Of a DNA stretch of 64,000 nucleotides, positions 1 through 9,482 are shown in pieces. The translations under genes were made by a program, and so were the position numbers. This DNA comes from an uncultured delta proteobacterium (GTDB taxonomy: Bacteria; Desulfobacterota; Desulfomonilia; Desulfomonilales; Desulfomonilaceae). The notes under the pieces were generated by a model, which worked only from the letters and a program-made list of their open reading frames with translations, had not been told where the DNA came from and did not search any database. The stretch lies in contig CAWBKB010000008.1 in assembly GCA_963789265.1 (NCBI GenBank), positions 1 to 64,000 of the forward strand, given 5' to 3'. How positions within the stretch are numbered: the stretch's first letter is position 1; each line of letters starts with the position of its first letter.

Positions 1-132
1 CGCAAACCATGCCGCATGCGTATGCCCGTGAGGACTAACGATGGGCAACGTTCGCACATATTCATAGAGGGTCCTGGCTATCTTTCGTGTACCAGGCTCG
101 GCAGGAAACAGACGATCTGGGTGGATCAGCAT
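1..132 (-). CDS. uxaC: Glucuronate (uronate) isomerase, N-terminal part; runs off the window start
   Basis: Hand translation from the ATG at 132: MLIHPDRLFPAEPGTRKIARTLYEYVRTLPIVSPHGHTHAAWFA, matching the UxaC N-terminus with its LPIxSPHGH metal-binding motif. Not in the ORF track. Confidence 0.75.
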   Translation of the reverse strand, partial: MLIHPDRLFPAEPGTRKIARTLYEYVRTLPIVSPHGHTHAAWFA

Positions 133-576
133 GACTTCAACGGCACCTTGTCGCTTCGCATCGGCGAATGGCGATGCAGGAGCGGCGCTGGGTTCCGACC
201 ACCAGCATACACGTCATCGTGTTTCTTTAGGTCTCCGGTAGTTTCGTCATCAGCAAACTATCGGCGATTGCCGTGATTTTCGTCGCGACCACTGTGGCCA
301 TTCGGATGGTCAATGATTTCACAGTGGCTTTGTCTTTGGTGGTTCGCCAGACAATAGGGAGATTTACGAGCTGGTGTGACATTAAGCTTTGATTCACAGA
401 CCGTATAATCAGTTGGAGTGCGGCATCTACACAAAGCCCAGCCATACCGCTTGGGTGTCAGTCCCAGTTCATCGCAATCAGGCACTAAAAAAGACGACTC
501 TGCGAAATATCCTCAAGATCGCCGACCTGCTCGATAAGGTCTAAGAATTTTTGGGGTCAGGTCATGTCCAAAAGGA

Positions 577-673
577 AAAAGGGGTCTACTCTTGGCTCAT
601 TCCGAAGTTTCGCCGCGTGGAGTAACACGTAGAACCTGAGTCAAGAGGAGACTTGCCCCCTCACTGACCCCTG
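577..673. repeat. GGGGTC-type REP-like inverted repeat, same family as 10577-10660
   Basis: GGGGTCTACTCTTGGCTCA ... TGAGTCAAGAGGAGACTTGCCCCC imperfect inverted repeat. Confidence 0.6.
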
Positions 674-825
674 ACCAGGAACAAGGAGGCTGTAAAGAAG
701 CGGTTGCAGCTATTGAGGTCCAAGGGTCTTCTGAAAAGGCTGGCTGAACCGCAAATGCCCTGATAATGATGTAGAGCTTCCGGGTGCTTCAATAGGACGT
801 TCTCCGCCGTGATGGGAAAAAGTCA

Positions 826-854
826 TAGACATCTCACCGTTTCAGTAATATTAT
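826..854 (+). promoter_or_regulatory. Probable sigma70 promoter of tRNA-Pro
   Basis: TAGACA-17 bp-TATTAT, ending 8 bp before the tRNA. Confidence 0.55.
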
Positions 855-862
855 AATCATGT

Positions 863-939
863 CGGGACGTGGCTCAGCCTGGTAGAGCACTGCATTCGGG
901 ATGCAGGGGTCGCTGGTTCAAATCCAGTCGTCCCGACCA
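863..939 (+). tRNA. tRNA-Pro (anticodon CGG)
   Basis: 77-nt cloverleaf: acceptor CGGGACG/CGTCCCG, anticodon stem CTGCA/TGCAG with loop TTCGGGA, T-loop GGTTCAAATCC, encoded CCA. Confidence 0.97.
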
Positions 940-1053
940 GAAATTCAAGCTCGCTAATTTATCAGTGCGCACGAGATTTTTCTTTATTTTGGCGCATGCG
1001 CCGTTGGCGATGGTGTAGTGAGACATTAATCATACAGCAAGAGAGATGGCCAG

Positions 1054-1314
1054 ATGTCGGAAGCATGTGCTAAAGAGCCTAACGAAGAGTATGCCGCTTC
1101 TATCAACCGGGCCGCTTACGGCAAAGAAAGGGTGAGGATCGCGCGGGAGGGGCAAGACATTGCTGCTGTGATCCCGATTGAAGACCTGGAATTGTTGGAG
1201 GAATTAGAAGACCGGCTAGACGTCTTGGAAGCGTTTGATGCGATTAAAGAGGCGTTTCAAAAGGGCGGTGTCATTCCTTGGGAACAATTCGAGGCTGAAT
1301 TAGATCGGTCATAG
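1054..1314 (+). CDS. Phd/YefM-family type II antitoxin
   Basis: 86 aa with 'INRAAYGKERVRIAREGQDIAAVIPIEDLELLEELED' and an acidic C-terminus; directly upstream of a RelE toxin. Confidence 0.85.
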   Translation: MSEACAKEPNEEYAASINRAAYGKERVRIAREGQDIAAVIPIEDLELLEELEDRLDVLEAFDAIKEAFQKGGVIPWEQFEAELDRS

Positions 1315-1321
1315 GATCGTC

Positions 1322-1636
1322 TTGGCTTATCGCATTCTTATCACCCCAAAAGCTCAACGGCAAATTAAAGCGCTCCCCCACCCCATTCAGGACCGAATCC
1401 GCTCGACCATAAGAGCCCTGCGCGACAATCCATATCCGCCAGCTACGAAAAAGCTGAAAGGTATTGAGGGAGAGTATCGCATCAGGGTAGGCGATTATCG
1501 GATAGTGTACGTAGTAGAAGGACAGCTTCTTCTGGTTGTCGTTGTGACCGTTGGGCATCGAAAGGACGTTTACGAGCAATTAAGGAAGAAATATCCTTTG
1601 GAATACTTGCAATCTATCCTCAAAGGCGAAAAATAA
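1322..1636 (+). CDS. relE: RelE/ParE-family type II toxin
   Basis: 'PYPPATKKLKG..GEYRIRVGDYRIVYVV...VVVVTVGHRKDVY' RelE signature; TTG start. Confidence 0.9.
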   Translation: MAYRILITPKAQRQIKALPHPIQDRIRSTIRALRDNPYPPATKKLKGIEGEYRIRVGDYRIVYVVEGQLLLVVVVTVGHRKDVYEQLRKKYPLEYLQSILKGEK

Positions 1637-1650
1637 TTCTTAGCTGTAAG

Positions 1651-1786
1651 AGCCTTGAAAATCTTGCTTACAATTTGCTAACATCTTGATCGACTGAGAC
1701 GGACTGAAACGGATTCAATCGGATCGAGGCATATTGAAATGACTTGAGTTTCTGGACAGGTTGTTGATATTATAAGGGTGAAAAGG
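1651..1786 (+). repeat. Upstream arm block U1 (copy 1), repeated at 9342-9478
   Basis: CTTGAAAATCTTG...GACTGAGACGGACTGAAACGGATTCAATCGGATCGA.GCATATTGAAATGACT...TTTCTGGACAGG...AAGGGTGAAAA, shared with the block before att copy E. Confidence 0.9.
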
Positions 1787-1834
1787 GCATTCGGGATGCA
1801 GGGGTCGCTGGTTCAAATCCAGTCGTCCCGACCA
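1787..1834 (+). repeat. tRNA-Pro 3'-half direct repeat (att core, copy B)
   Basis: 48/48 identical to 892-939. Confidence 0.95.
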
Positions 1835-2212
1835 AAAAAGCATTGAGGAGATCAGGGTATTATGCTTGCATGGCGTTGCCCTGATTTTGTCGCTCTGGGG
1901 CTTGGTGTCCAAATAGTGTCCATTAAGAATTCAGATTCGACGCCGCATCATGTTCTTCGGTAATGCGATCAAGAACACTCACAGCCTTTCCACCAGCCCA
2001 ATACCCCCAAGCTGTTTTCGGATAAGATGTCACCGAGAACTTGCGCTTGACCAGGGGCCCGCGGTGAGGCACCCTCAGAAACAGAACAAGAGATGCCTTC
2101 TCGCGGACCTGATCGCGGTTTTGGTGTACTGTTGACTTTTTGAGAGTCCACTGCGATTAGTTCCATGGATTACGATGCTGGCCGCCAATAGTACCTAAAA
2201 GAGGACGACGTT

Positions 2213-2551
2213 ATGACAAAGTTGCACGCTATCTTAATGGTATTCCTTTGTTTTGCGTCTCTTAGTTCCCAAGCGTTGGCAACCGATGCCGTGGCCCTCA
2301 GAGGCTTTCCGGTAATGAAAACTGAAGAGGATTTTAGAAGATTGCTTGAACTCTTTGAAACGGACGACACGAAGGCTGCGGCCGACTATCTTAAGGACCA
2401 CGGATTAGTCATGGCCAAAGGCACCGAAGTAATTCTTTCAGTGGTCGGCTGTGACGGACGATGCGTAAAGTTCAAAGTCAAGGGCGGCCAAACAGAATAT
2501 TGGACTGTACTCATAATGGATGGGGAAAAGGTATTTGAATACAAGAAATGA
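2213..2551 (+). CDS. Exported hypothetical protein
   Basis: RBS GAGGA, signal peptide ending ALA, 112 aa. Confidence 0.7.
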   Translation: MTKLHAILMVFLCFASLSSQALATDAVALRGFPVMKTEEDFRRLLELFETDDTKAAADYLKDHGLVMAKGTEVILSVVGCDGRCVKFKVKGGQTEYWTVLIMDGEKVFEYKK

Positions 2552-2594
2552 GTCTGAGGTTTCCGCGTCGAATCTCGTTGCCGGAAACAGGCTA

Positions 2595-4730
2595 ATGACT
2601 GGCGTGAGTCCTGTAAGAAGGATTGCCACCGAATTAGGCATCAAGATCGAACAGGTGTCGGCAGTGGCTGAGCTTCTAGCAGACGGCTGTACGGTGCCTT
2701 TTATTGCCCGCTACCGCAAGGAGGCCACCGATTCTCTGGACGAAGTCGGCATAACCGCTATTCGAGATCGTCTGGAACAACTTGCAGAACTCAACAAGCG
2801 GCGTGAGGCTATACTCAAATCTCTGGAGGAACGTGAACTCCTCACGGATCACCTTAGAGAAACGATCATGGCCGCAGAGTCAATGGCGGAACTGGAAGAC
2901 ATCTACTTGCAGTATCGGCCGAAGCGGCGAACCAGGGCTGCCATAGCCCGTGAGAAGGGCCTCGAACCGCTTGCGGAACAACTTTATGGACAGGGTTCCA
3001 TTGATCCGACAGTCGAAGCTCGGGGCTTCGTCGATCCCGACAAAGGCGTGCTTACAGCAGAAGATGCTCTGGCAGGAGCCCGAGATATCATCGCGGAAAA
3101 AATTAACGAAGACTCGGCAGTACGCGCGGCCACACGCCGACTTTTTCTTGGAAAAGCGCAGGTACGATCCAGAGTGATTGCAGGAAAAGAAAGCACGGGC
3201 TCGAAATACCAAGATTACTTCGACTGCCGTGAGAATATATCCTCAGCTCCTGGACATCGACTGCTTGCCATGTTCCGAGCCGAAAAAGAAGGCATAATTT
3301 CGCTTCAGATTCGCCCGCCTGAAGACGAAGCCCTGGAGCTGCTCGAGAAGTTGGTTATCAAGGCTCGCAATGAAGCCGCGCGGCAGGTGAGCCTGGCGCT
3401 TGAGGACGGGTATAAACGATTGCTCGCCCCTTCCATGGAGACAGAAACCCGCCAAGAGGCCAAAAAACGGTCTGACGAAGAAGCCATCCGAGTCTTTGCG
3501 GAAAATCTCCGTGAACTCCTTTTAACCCCGCCTCTAGGGGCGAAACGCGTGCTGGCTTTGGATCCCGGCTACCGCACAGGCGCAAAGCTGGTCTGCCTTG
3601 ATGCTCAAGGAAAGCTGCTCCACCATGACACAGTTTATGTCGCCCAATCTCAAAGATTGGCCGAACAGGCTGCTACGACAGTGAAGGAATTGTGTCGACG
3701 TTTTCAGATTGAGGCCATTGCAGTTGGAAACGGGACCGGCGGCCGCGAGACTGAGGCGTTCATCCGGTCTCTCGGTCTGCCGAAAACAATTGCGGTGGTT
3801 ATGGTAAATGAGAGCGGCGCATCGATATATTCCGCCTCCAAGGTTGCCCGAGAAGAGTTCCCAGACCAGGACGTCACAGTCCGCGGATCGGTATCCATCG
3901 GACGTCGCCTGATGGACCCTCTTGCCGAGTTGGTAAAAATAGATCCGAAATCCATAGGCGTCGGCCAGTACCAACACGATGTGGATCAGGCGGCGCTGAA
4001 GCGCAGCGTGGACGACGTGGTCATGAGCTGTGTGAATCGAGTGGGCGTCGAGGTAAATACTGCCAGCAAAGAGCTTCTGGCCTATGTTTCGGGATTGGGA
4101 CCTGTCCTGTCCAAAAATATTGTCGTGCGACGTGACGGCAACGGCCCTTTCCGATCGCGAAAAGAGCTTCTCAAGGTTCCTCGGCTTGGACCCAAGGCAT
4201 TTGAACAGGCTGCCGGATTTCTGCGGATTCGCGATGGCAAAAATCCCCTGGATTCAAGCGCAGTGCACCCTGAAAGCTACCCTATAGTCGAGCAATTTGC
4301 CCGCGACATGGGATGCTCTGTGACGGATCTCATGGAAAACTCTGAATTGCGCAAAAAATTACGCCTCGAGAATTACATTACCGAAAAAGTGGGACCAGCC
4401 ACCCTGAAAGACATCATGGCGGAATTGGCAAAGCCGGGCCGAGATCCTCGAGACAAATTTGAACCCTTCAGTTTCGCAGAGCAGATAACTTCAATCGAAG
4501 ACGTCAAACCAGGCCTGCGGCTGCCGGGCATTGTGACAAACGTGACCAAGTTTGGAGCATTCGTAGACATCGGAGTCCATCACGACGGACTTGTTCATAT
4601 AAGCCAACTAGCGGACCATTTTGTGAAGGACCCGGCAGAAGTGGTAAAGCCACAGCAAAAGGTGATGGTATCGGTGCTGGACGTGGATGTGGAACGAAAC
4701 CGTATTTCACTGTCCATGACGAAAAAGTAG
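2595..4730 (+). CDS. tex: Tex-family RNA-binding transcriptional accessory protein
   Basis: TVPFIARYRKEAT, YqgF-like LALDPGYRTG, VNESGASIYSAS, DPKSIGVGQYQHD, HhH repeats and a C-terminal S1 domain (GAFVDIGVHHDGLVHIS). Start placed at ATG 2595. Confidence 0.95.
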   Translation: MTGVSPVRRIATELGIKIEQVSAVAELLADGCTVPFIARYRKEATDSLDEVGITAIRDRLEQLAELNKRREAILKSLEERELLTDHLRETIMAAESMAELEDIYLQYRPKRRTRAAIAREKGLEPLAEQLYGQGSIDPTVEARGFVDPDKGVLTAEDALAGARDIIAEKINEDSAVRAATRRLFLGKAQVRSRVIAGKESTGSKYQDYFDCRENISSAPGHRLLAMFRAEKEGIISLQIRPPEDEALELLEKLVIKARNEAARQVSLALEDGYKRLLAPSMETETRQEAKKRSDEEAIRVFAENLRELLLTPPLGAKRVLALDPGYRTGAKLVCLDAQGKLLHHDTVYVAQSQRLAEQAATTVKELCRRFQIEAIAVGNGTGGRETEAFIRSLGLPKTIAVVMVNESGASIYSASKVAREEFPDQDVTVRGSVSIGRRLMDPLAELVKIDPKSIGVGQYQHDVDQAALKRSVDDVVMSCVNRVGVEVNTASKELLAYVSGLGPVLSKNIVVRRDGNGPFRSRKELLKVPRLGPKAFEQAAGFLRIRDGKNPLDSSAVHPESYPIVEQFARDMGCSVTDLMENSELRKKLRLENYITEKVGPATLKDIMAELAKPGRDPRDKFEPFSFAEQITSIEDVKPGLRLPGIVTNVTKFGAFVDIGVHHDGLVHISQLADHFVKDPAEVVKPQQKVMVSVLDVDVERNRISLSMTKK

Positions 4731-4904
4731 ATCCCGACCGGTCCCCGGAATTTGCAGCGCTTGTTTTGGTGATTCTGAAGAGCAATGACCGTCTGCTCCG
4801 GATAAAGAGAGAACGGTTTGATACCGACATAGATCGTCGGTATTTTGTAAGCTGAGGATTTACTTACGACGATTTACGGTAGCGGAATGTGTTTCGGGGC
4901 GAGG

Positions 4905-5029
4905 CGCTCAGGGTGCCTTTATGAGAGAACACACAGACGATCGGATCCGCCGGCTGGCTTCGAAATTGGCCCACGAAATGCAGCTTCAGATCATCAGGCC
5001 GGCAAATGAGCGAAAACAATTGACCTGAT
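4905..5029 (+). repeat. Degenerate remnant of downstream arm block D1
   Basis: CTTCAGATCATCAGGCCGGCAAATGAGCGAAAACAATTGACCTGAT matches 6769-6814; there is also a CTCAGGGTGCCTTT partial match. Confidence 0.65.
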
Positions 5030-5228
5030 GTATCCATTCACTTACGTGCGGCAAAGGATTGTCATTGCGAGCGAAGCGAAGCAATCCCTTCCTTCAAACG
5101 GCGCTTAGATTGCCGGTGGGACGGGCATCTTGCCCGTCATCCCCAATAGACAGGCTGGAAGCCTGTCCCACCATGCACTCCTCGCAATGACAGGAGCCAG
5201 AAGATTCCCCGCGTAACTGAAGGAATAC
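5030..5228. mobile_element. MITE family A (17-bp TIR, 8-bp TSD) carrying nested REP-like hairpins
   Basis: TIRs GTATCCATTCACTTACG / CGTAACTGAAGGAATAC; flanks GACCTGAT / GACCCGAT. Confidence 0.85.
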
Positions 5229-5274
5229 GACCCGATCGCTCGTAGGTTCCCAACAAAGATTCGTTTGCAAGACA

Positions 5275-5640
5275 TCAGGCAGCAGAACTGTCTTCTTGCC
5301 ACAGGCCGATTCGATTGCCGTTAGGGTCGAGCAGAACCGCAAACCAGCCTGTTCCCTCAACGGGTTTCCGTGGCACCACGACCTGTGCCCCGAGTTTTTC
5401 GGCCTTTTCCAGAGACTCTTGCACAGATTCCACCTTTACGTAGTTGACCGGCGTATGTGTTGGACCCTGGCGGGCGGTCATTCCGCCTTTGATCTTGTCA
5501 GATCCCATGTCGATCTTGTAATATCTGAACGCACCAGGAATCTTCTCAAAATTCCAGCCGAAAAGCTCTCCGTAGAATTCTTGCGCCGAACTGAAATCGT
5601 CGACAGGTACCTCAAAAAAGCAAACTGTGTTAATCATCAT
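5275..5640 (-). CDS. VOC (glyoxalase/bleomycin resistance) family protein
   Basis: 'VCFFEVPVDD...AQEFYGELFGW' and 'GWFAVLLDPNGNRIGLWQ'. Confidence 0.9.
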   Translation of the reverse strand: MMINTVCFFEVPVDDFSSAQEFYGELFGWNFEKIPGAFRYYKIDMGSDKIKGGMTARQGPTHTPVNYVKVESVQESLEKAEKLGAQVVVPRKPVEGTGWFAVLLDPNGNRIGLWQEDSSAA

Positions 5641-5804
5641 ATTCCACCGCACCAATTCTTGATTTGTTTACACGAAGAAAGTGCTCTACTGACAAGTCTC
5701 ACTTTTCCCGGCATCTGTAAGATTGGATGCGCTGGTACCTGAATCGATTCACAATGCAAATACTATCCCCACCAAAAACATCACGGAAGACAAAGATTCT
5801 GCCC

Positions 5805-6095
5805 TCAATGCAAGGACTTTCCATAGACGATTATGATCGCCGCTTGCATGACTCTCAAGGCATCTTGCAGGCTTGCACCGGGCATCATTAGCTGGTGTTG
5901 GGGTTTGCCACCTAACTGGGTATTAATGGTTACTCCATTAGAGTATTTCTTCAGCGTGATGCTGTATGGCGCTTCCTTTTCAGGGATGGTGATGGTGCAT
6001 TCTCCCGGGGAAGGGTTGATTTCCGGCTTTATTTCTTTTTCCTTTGCCCGCTGCATCCTATTGACAATTTGGTCAAAAACATTCTTTAAGTCCAT
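5805..6095 (-). CDS. Hypothetical protein
   Basis: 96-aa ORF with GGAG RBS; no motif recognised. Confidence 0.55.
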   Translation of the reverse strand: MDLKNVFDQIVNRMQRAKEKEIKPEINPSPGECTITIPEKEAPYSITLKKYSNGVTINTQLGGKPQHQLMMPGASLQDALRVMQAAIIIVYGKSLH

Positions 6096-6212
6096 CCTGA
6101 TTTACTCCCATATCTCCACATAGCTGCCGAACTATTACGCGCTGGATCTTGAAGCAGAGCACGAAGCGTACAGGCGACACGAATCCAAGTCAACGAAAAA
6201 GGCTCTTATTCG

Positions 6213-6415
6213 GTAACCATTCATTTAAGCGCGGGAAAAGATTGTCATTGCGAGCGAAGCGAAGCAATCTTTTCCGTTGAACGCCGGCCGCTTAGATTGC
6301 CGGTGGGACGGGCATCTTGCCCGTCATCCCCAATAGACAGGCTGGAAGCCTATCCCACCATGCACTCCTCGCAATGACAAGGTTCAGAAGATCTCCCGGA
6401 TAAGTGAATGGTCAC
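6213..6415. mobile_element. MITE family A; cargo nearly identical to 5030-5228
   Basis: TIRs GTAACCATTCATTTAAG / GATAAGTGAATGGTCAC; flanks CTTATTCG / CTTCTTCG. Confidence 0.85.
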
Positions 6416-6616
6416 CTTCTTCGGTCATGGAAGGCATCAATAGGCCATCAGAGGACATGTGGAAAAAGGGCGAACGGCCAATCAAATTTCCGGCGTCATG
6501 ATGACGTACACGTTTTTGTAGGGATGAGTCCCGATGTGCGCAGATGAGGTCCGATCGTTTTTGATTTTTCAAGTGAATCGTACCATGGTCTCAGAATAAT
6601 TGGGGCATTGCCTGTC

Positions 6617-6661
6617 TTCGGGATCCTGAGGTCGCTGGATCAAATCCCGTCGTCCCGACCA
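6617..6661 (+). repeat. tRNA-Pro 3'-half direct repeat (att core, copy C)
   Basis: 40/45 identical to 895-939. Confidence 0.9.
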
Positions 6662-6820
6662 GAATTCTTTGAAGACTGTCAGGGTGTGCCCTTTTCGCAA
6701 GAGCGATCCTTACCGGGCAGGATCTGTTAAAATAGGGTCTGGGAAGTGCGTCCGCATTATATCTGTCGCTTCAAATCATCGGGCCGGCAAATGAGCCAAA
6801 AGAATGGACCTGATCCCTCG
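6662..6820 (+). repeat. Downstream arm block D1 (copy 1), repeated at 8756-8885 and partly at 9525-9550
   Basis: GAATTCTTTGAA.ACTGTCAG.GTGTGCCCTTTTCGCAAGAGCGATCCTTA...GGATCTGTTAAAATAG.GTCTGGGAAG; contains a terminator-like hairpin. Confidence 0.9.
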
Positions 6821-6853
6821 CATGCATGCGAGTTGTTTATGCCTGGCCAAAGT

Positions 6854-7879
6854 TCATAGGAATGGAAGCTCAAACTTTAATGTAGCCACTCCTCCTATCA
6901 AGTACTGATGCCATGTGACCGGCAGACTCTGCTCCACACTAATGTTTTGCGGAACGGGCAGATTCTTACCGAAAATGTTCCCCACCTGTGATAATTGATC
7001 GAAAACTGCGTGAGCCACATCAGCCTTGGCGAACAAGCTCAAAGTAAAGTCTCTTGAGGGTACCACCTTGTACGAAAGAAACGCTTCGGCAAAATACCCG
7101 GACTTCGGGTGAGTGTCTCCAACCGAAATTGCCCACGGGAAGCCTTTTATGGAAAGCGTCAGAGAGTGCTGACCGCTTGAAAGGCTGCTCTTGAAACCAA
7201 AGTAAGGAAAAATACTGTCAAGATTGAAGTCGAGCTTTGGTCGTAAACCTGGAAGCTGACTGAGCACCATTGCTTCAAGAGGACCCGGGAGCGTAATCGT
7301 GCCCTGGAGGTAATCGTACCTGACCCCTGCGAGAACCGCGAACTCTGAAGAGGCATGGAAACAGCCTTCCAAGTCAGTTGCAAACCATGTGGTATCGATG
7401 TCAACATTTCCGCTGACGCCCCCCGAGGTGAACACGCCATTAAGAAATCCCGAGGCTACCCCAGAAACCTCTATATGCCTGTTACTTGGAAGAAAATACC
7501 ATCCCTGGAGGTCTGCCGAAAGCCACTTGTTAACTTGCGCCGGAATAGACAATCCTAACCACACTCCGTTTGTGGACCACTCGAGAGTGCCATTGCCATA
7601 ACCGTTATTAAGAGCATTACCGTAAGCGTTGGCCGTTGGCGCAATCTTTATCGAAGAGGCGTTAGGCGACCAAGCGGCAAATAGCCTCGGAGAGTGGAGG
7701 GAAGGCTCGAGCTGCAAGTAAGAGCCAAACCACCCGGCAGTGACGCCTGTATCCCCAGATAGAGTTGATTGCGGATAATTGAATGGCGTGACCCCAGTGA
7801 GAGGTGCTTGAGCGAAGGAATTTGCCATGCAGATTGCCAGGAAGCTCAATACCAAAAAAGCGATGCCCGCATTTTTCAT
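6854..7879 (-). CDS. Exported protein, probable outer-membrane beta-barrel; paralog of 12940-13869
   Basis: Signal peptide, alternating amphipathic strands, shared motifs with the paralog (GVWLG, GxYxxP, GxRYD, LDxNxxSxxPYFG, IG.xATLxF). Confidence 0.65.
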   Translation of the reverse strand: MKNAGIAFLVLSFLAICMANSFAQAPLTGVTPFNYPQSTLSGDTGVTAGWFGSYLQLEPSLHSPRLFAAWSPNASSIKIAPTANAYGNALNNGYGNGTLEWSTNGVWLGLSIPAQVNKWLSADLQGWYFLPSNRHIEVSGVASGFLNGVFTSGGVSGNVDIDTTWFATDLEGCFHASSEFAVLAGVRYDYLQGTITLPGPLEAMVLSQLPGLRPKLDFNLDSIFPYFGFKSSLSSGQHSLTLSIKGFPWAISVGDTHPKSGYFAEAFLSYKVVPSRDFTLSLFAKADVAHAVFDQLSQVGNIFGKNLPVPQNISVEQSLPVTWHQYLIGGVATLKFELPFL

Positions 7880-7964
7880 ACTACCCCCGATTGCGCGATC
7901 CACTACTTCCGCAGGGTTCGCACAGCATCCGAATCAAAAAAAAAACAACTACAGATTGTTTTTT

Positions 7965-7993
7965 TACATAGCAAAAGGGAAGACTTTTGTCAA
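7965..7993 (-). promoter_or_regulatory. sigma70-like promoter for the 7879 gene
   Basis: TTGACA-17-TATGTA on the minus strand. Confidence 0.5.
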
Positions 7994-8239
7994 CTTTTAC
8001 CGGTCGGATAAGGCTTTCCAGACTATAGTTTTGCCATTTTCTTAATCGCCGGCGTAACGGCAAGGGTTGCCAAAAATACTGGATCTTCAACAAGGTTCCG
8101 GTCAACAGGTCGCTTGTAGGCTTCACTGGAAGCTCACATTTTATCAATTACAGACTCCGGACTTCATTGCGTCGTTTTGTGTTGAACTCCATGACAAGGA
8201 GAGCGATATCCATAGGAAGAATTAGGAAGGGGAAGACCA

Positions 8240-8569
8240 TTGAAAAACAAATACCTTGGTAAATGGCGCATCGAAAAAATGGAACTGTGGGACCAAGACT
8301 TCGTCAATCTCGTTGCACCAGGTCACATAACCTTCAAGCGGGGCAATAAAGGCGCTCTTCAGTTCGGGGCGGTTGATTGCGATCTGGACTATCGAGTCGA
8401 GACGTTCGACAGCGCTGAGCTCATGCAGTTCTCGTTCTTGGGCGAGGACGAAGGAGATACTGTTTCCGGGAGAGGCTGGGCTGTAATTGGCGGAGATGGT
8501 AGGCTGATGGGCAAGATCCTTTTTCACTTTGGCGACGAGTCTCAATTAGTGGCCTCTAAATCACAGTGA
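8240..8569 (+). CDS. Conserved-looking hypothetical beta-rich protein
   Basis: TTG start after a purine-rich RBS; 'GKWRIEKMELWD..G.DEGD.VSGRGWA...FHFGDES' resembles small proteins seen on mobile DNA (recollection). Confidence 0.7.
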   Translation: MKNKYLGKWRIEKMELWDQDFVNLVAPGHITFKRGNKGALQFGAVDCDLDYRVETFDSAELMQFSFLGEDEGDTVSGRGWAVIGGDGRLMGKILFHFGDESQLVASKSQ

Positions 8570-8589
8570 GCATCGAGCCCGAAATCCTT

Positions 8590-8707
8590 TGGCACTTTAT
8601 TGGCCCATTTTGGGGTGACTATGGCCGGTGACAGAGCGCGACTGTTATCAATGGATGTTGTTTTTGCATAATATCGGCAAGACAGCTCTGGGATTAGCTG
8701 GTTGTAA
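8590..8707 (+). repeat. Upstream arm block U2 (copy 1), repeated at 15268-15378
   Basis: GGCACTTT...TTTTGGGGT.ACT...TGGCCG.TGAC...AATG.ATG.TGTTTTT...AATATCGG.AAGAC.GCTC.GG.ATTAGC.GGTTGTAA. Confidence 0.85.
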
Positions 8708-8755
8708 GCATTCCGGATGCATCGGTCGCCGGTTCAAATCCAGTCGTCCCAACCA
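8708..8755 (+). repeat. tRNA-Pro 3'-half direct repeat (att core, copy D)
   Basis: 43/48 identical to 892-939. Confidence 0.9.
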
Positions 8756-8885
8756 GAATTCTTTGAAAACTGTCAGAGTGTGCCCTTTTCGCAAGAGCGA
8801 TCCTTATCTGGCGGGATCTGTTAAAATAGAGTCTGGGAAGCGCTTCTGAATTTGATCTGTCGCGCCAAATCATAAAGCCGGCGAA
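8756..8885 (+). repeat. Downstream arm block D1 (copy 2)
   Basis: Closely matches 6662-6790. Confidence 0.9.
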
Positions 8886-8913
8886 AGTTCAACCTGGTAT
8901 TTCTCCGAAGACA

Positions 8914-9204
8914 TCACAGGCCGAGCCGAGCTTTAACTTCGGCAAGGGGAATGGCCCCCTTCTCTTGAGCCTCTTTGCGAGCTGCTTCAAGCTCCGGAAT
9001 GTCTGCCTGGTCTAAAATGTCGTCAAGCTCTTCCAAGGTCTCCAGATCTTCAAGGGGGACCACAGCAGCAACGCTCTTCCCTTCACGGACAACAATCAAT
9101 CGCTCGCTTGCCGCACTTACCCGTTCAATCGCGTCAGAGATGTGGCTCTCTTCTACCGTGGCCGGTGTGTGGGATATGGTCTGTGCCTCCAAGGGAGAAT
9201 TCAC
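8914..9204 (-). CDS. Orphan Phd/YefM-family antitoxin; paralog of 1054-1314
   Basis: 'ERLIVVREGKSVAAVVPLEDLETLEELDD...QEKGAIP'; no adjacent toxin ORF. Confidence 0.8.
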   Translation of the reverse strand: MNSPLEAQTISHTPATVEESHISDAIERVSAASERLIVVREGKSVAAVVPLEDLETLEELDDILDQADIPELEAARKEAQEKGAIPLAEVKARLGL

Positions 9205-9341
9205 TAATAGTTTAGCACAGAATCTCGCAAATGCAGCCTTCCGGTTGACGCCACATTATGACTCTCTTCTGTCATGACCAACCGGCGCAAAGATGATATA
9301 TGTGCCCGGTCCGAAATCCTGGTCAGAAAATGTGTTTCCGA

Positions 9342-9478
9342 ACGACTTGAAAATCTTGGTTATATTTTGGTAACAACTTGATGGACTGTGACGGACTGAA
9401 ACGGATTCAATCGGATCGACGCATATTGAAATGACTCGGTTTCTGGACAGGTCGTTGTTTTTGAAAGGGTGAAAAAGG
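9342..9478 (+). repeat. Upstream arm block U1 (copy 2)
   Basis: Closely matches 1651-1786. Confidence 0.9.
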
Positions 9479-9482
9479 TCCT

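Noticed and set aside
1715..1912. ORFs spanning att cores or REP/MITE elements (also 9256-9525, 8628-8849, 5094-5360, 10453-11076, 43082-43420)
   Set aside because: They are translations of tRNA-derived or repeat DNA (e.g. WSGRLDLNQRP is antisense tRNA).
5030..6415. Composite transposon made of two MITEs around the VOC gene
   Set aside because: Each MITE has its own distinct TSD, indicating independent insertions.
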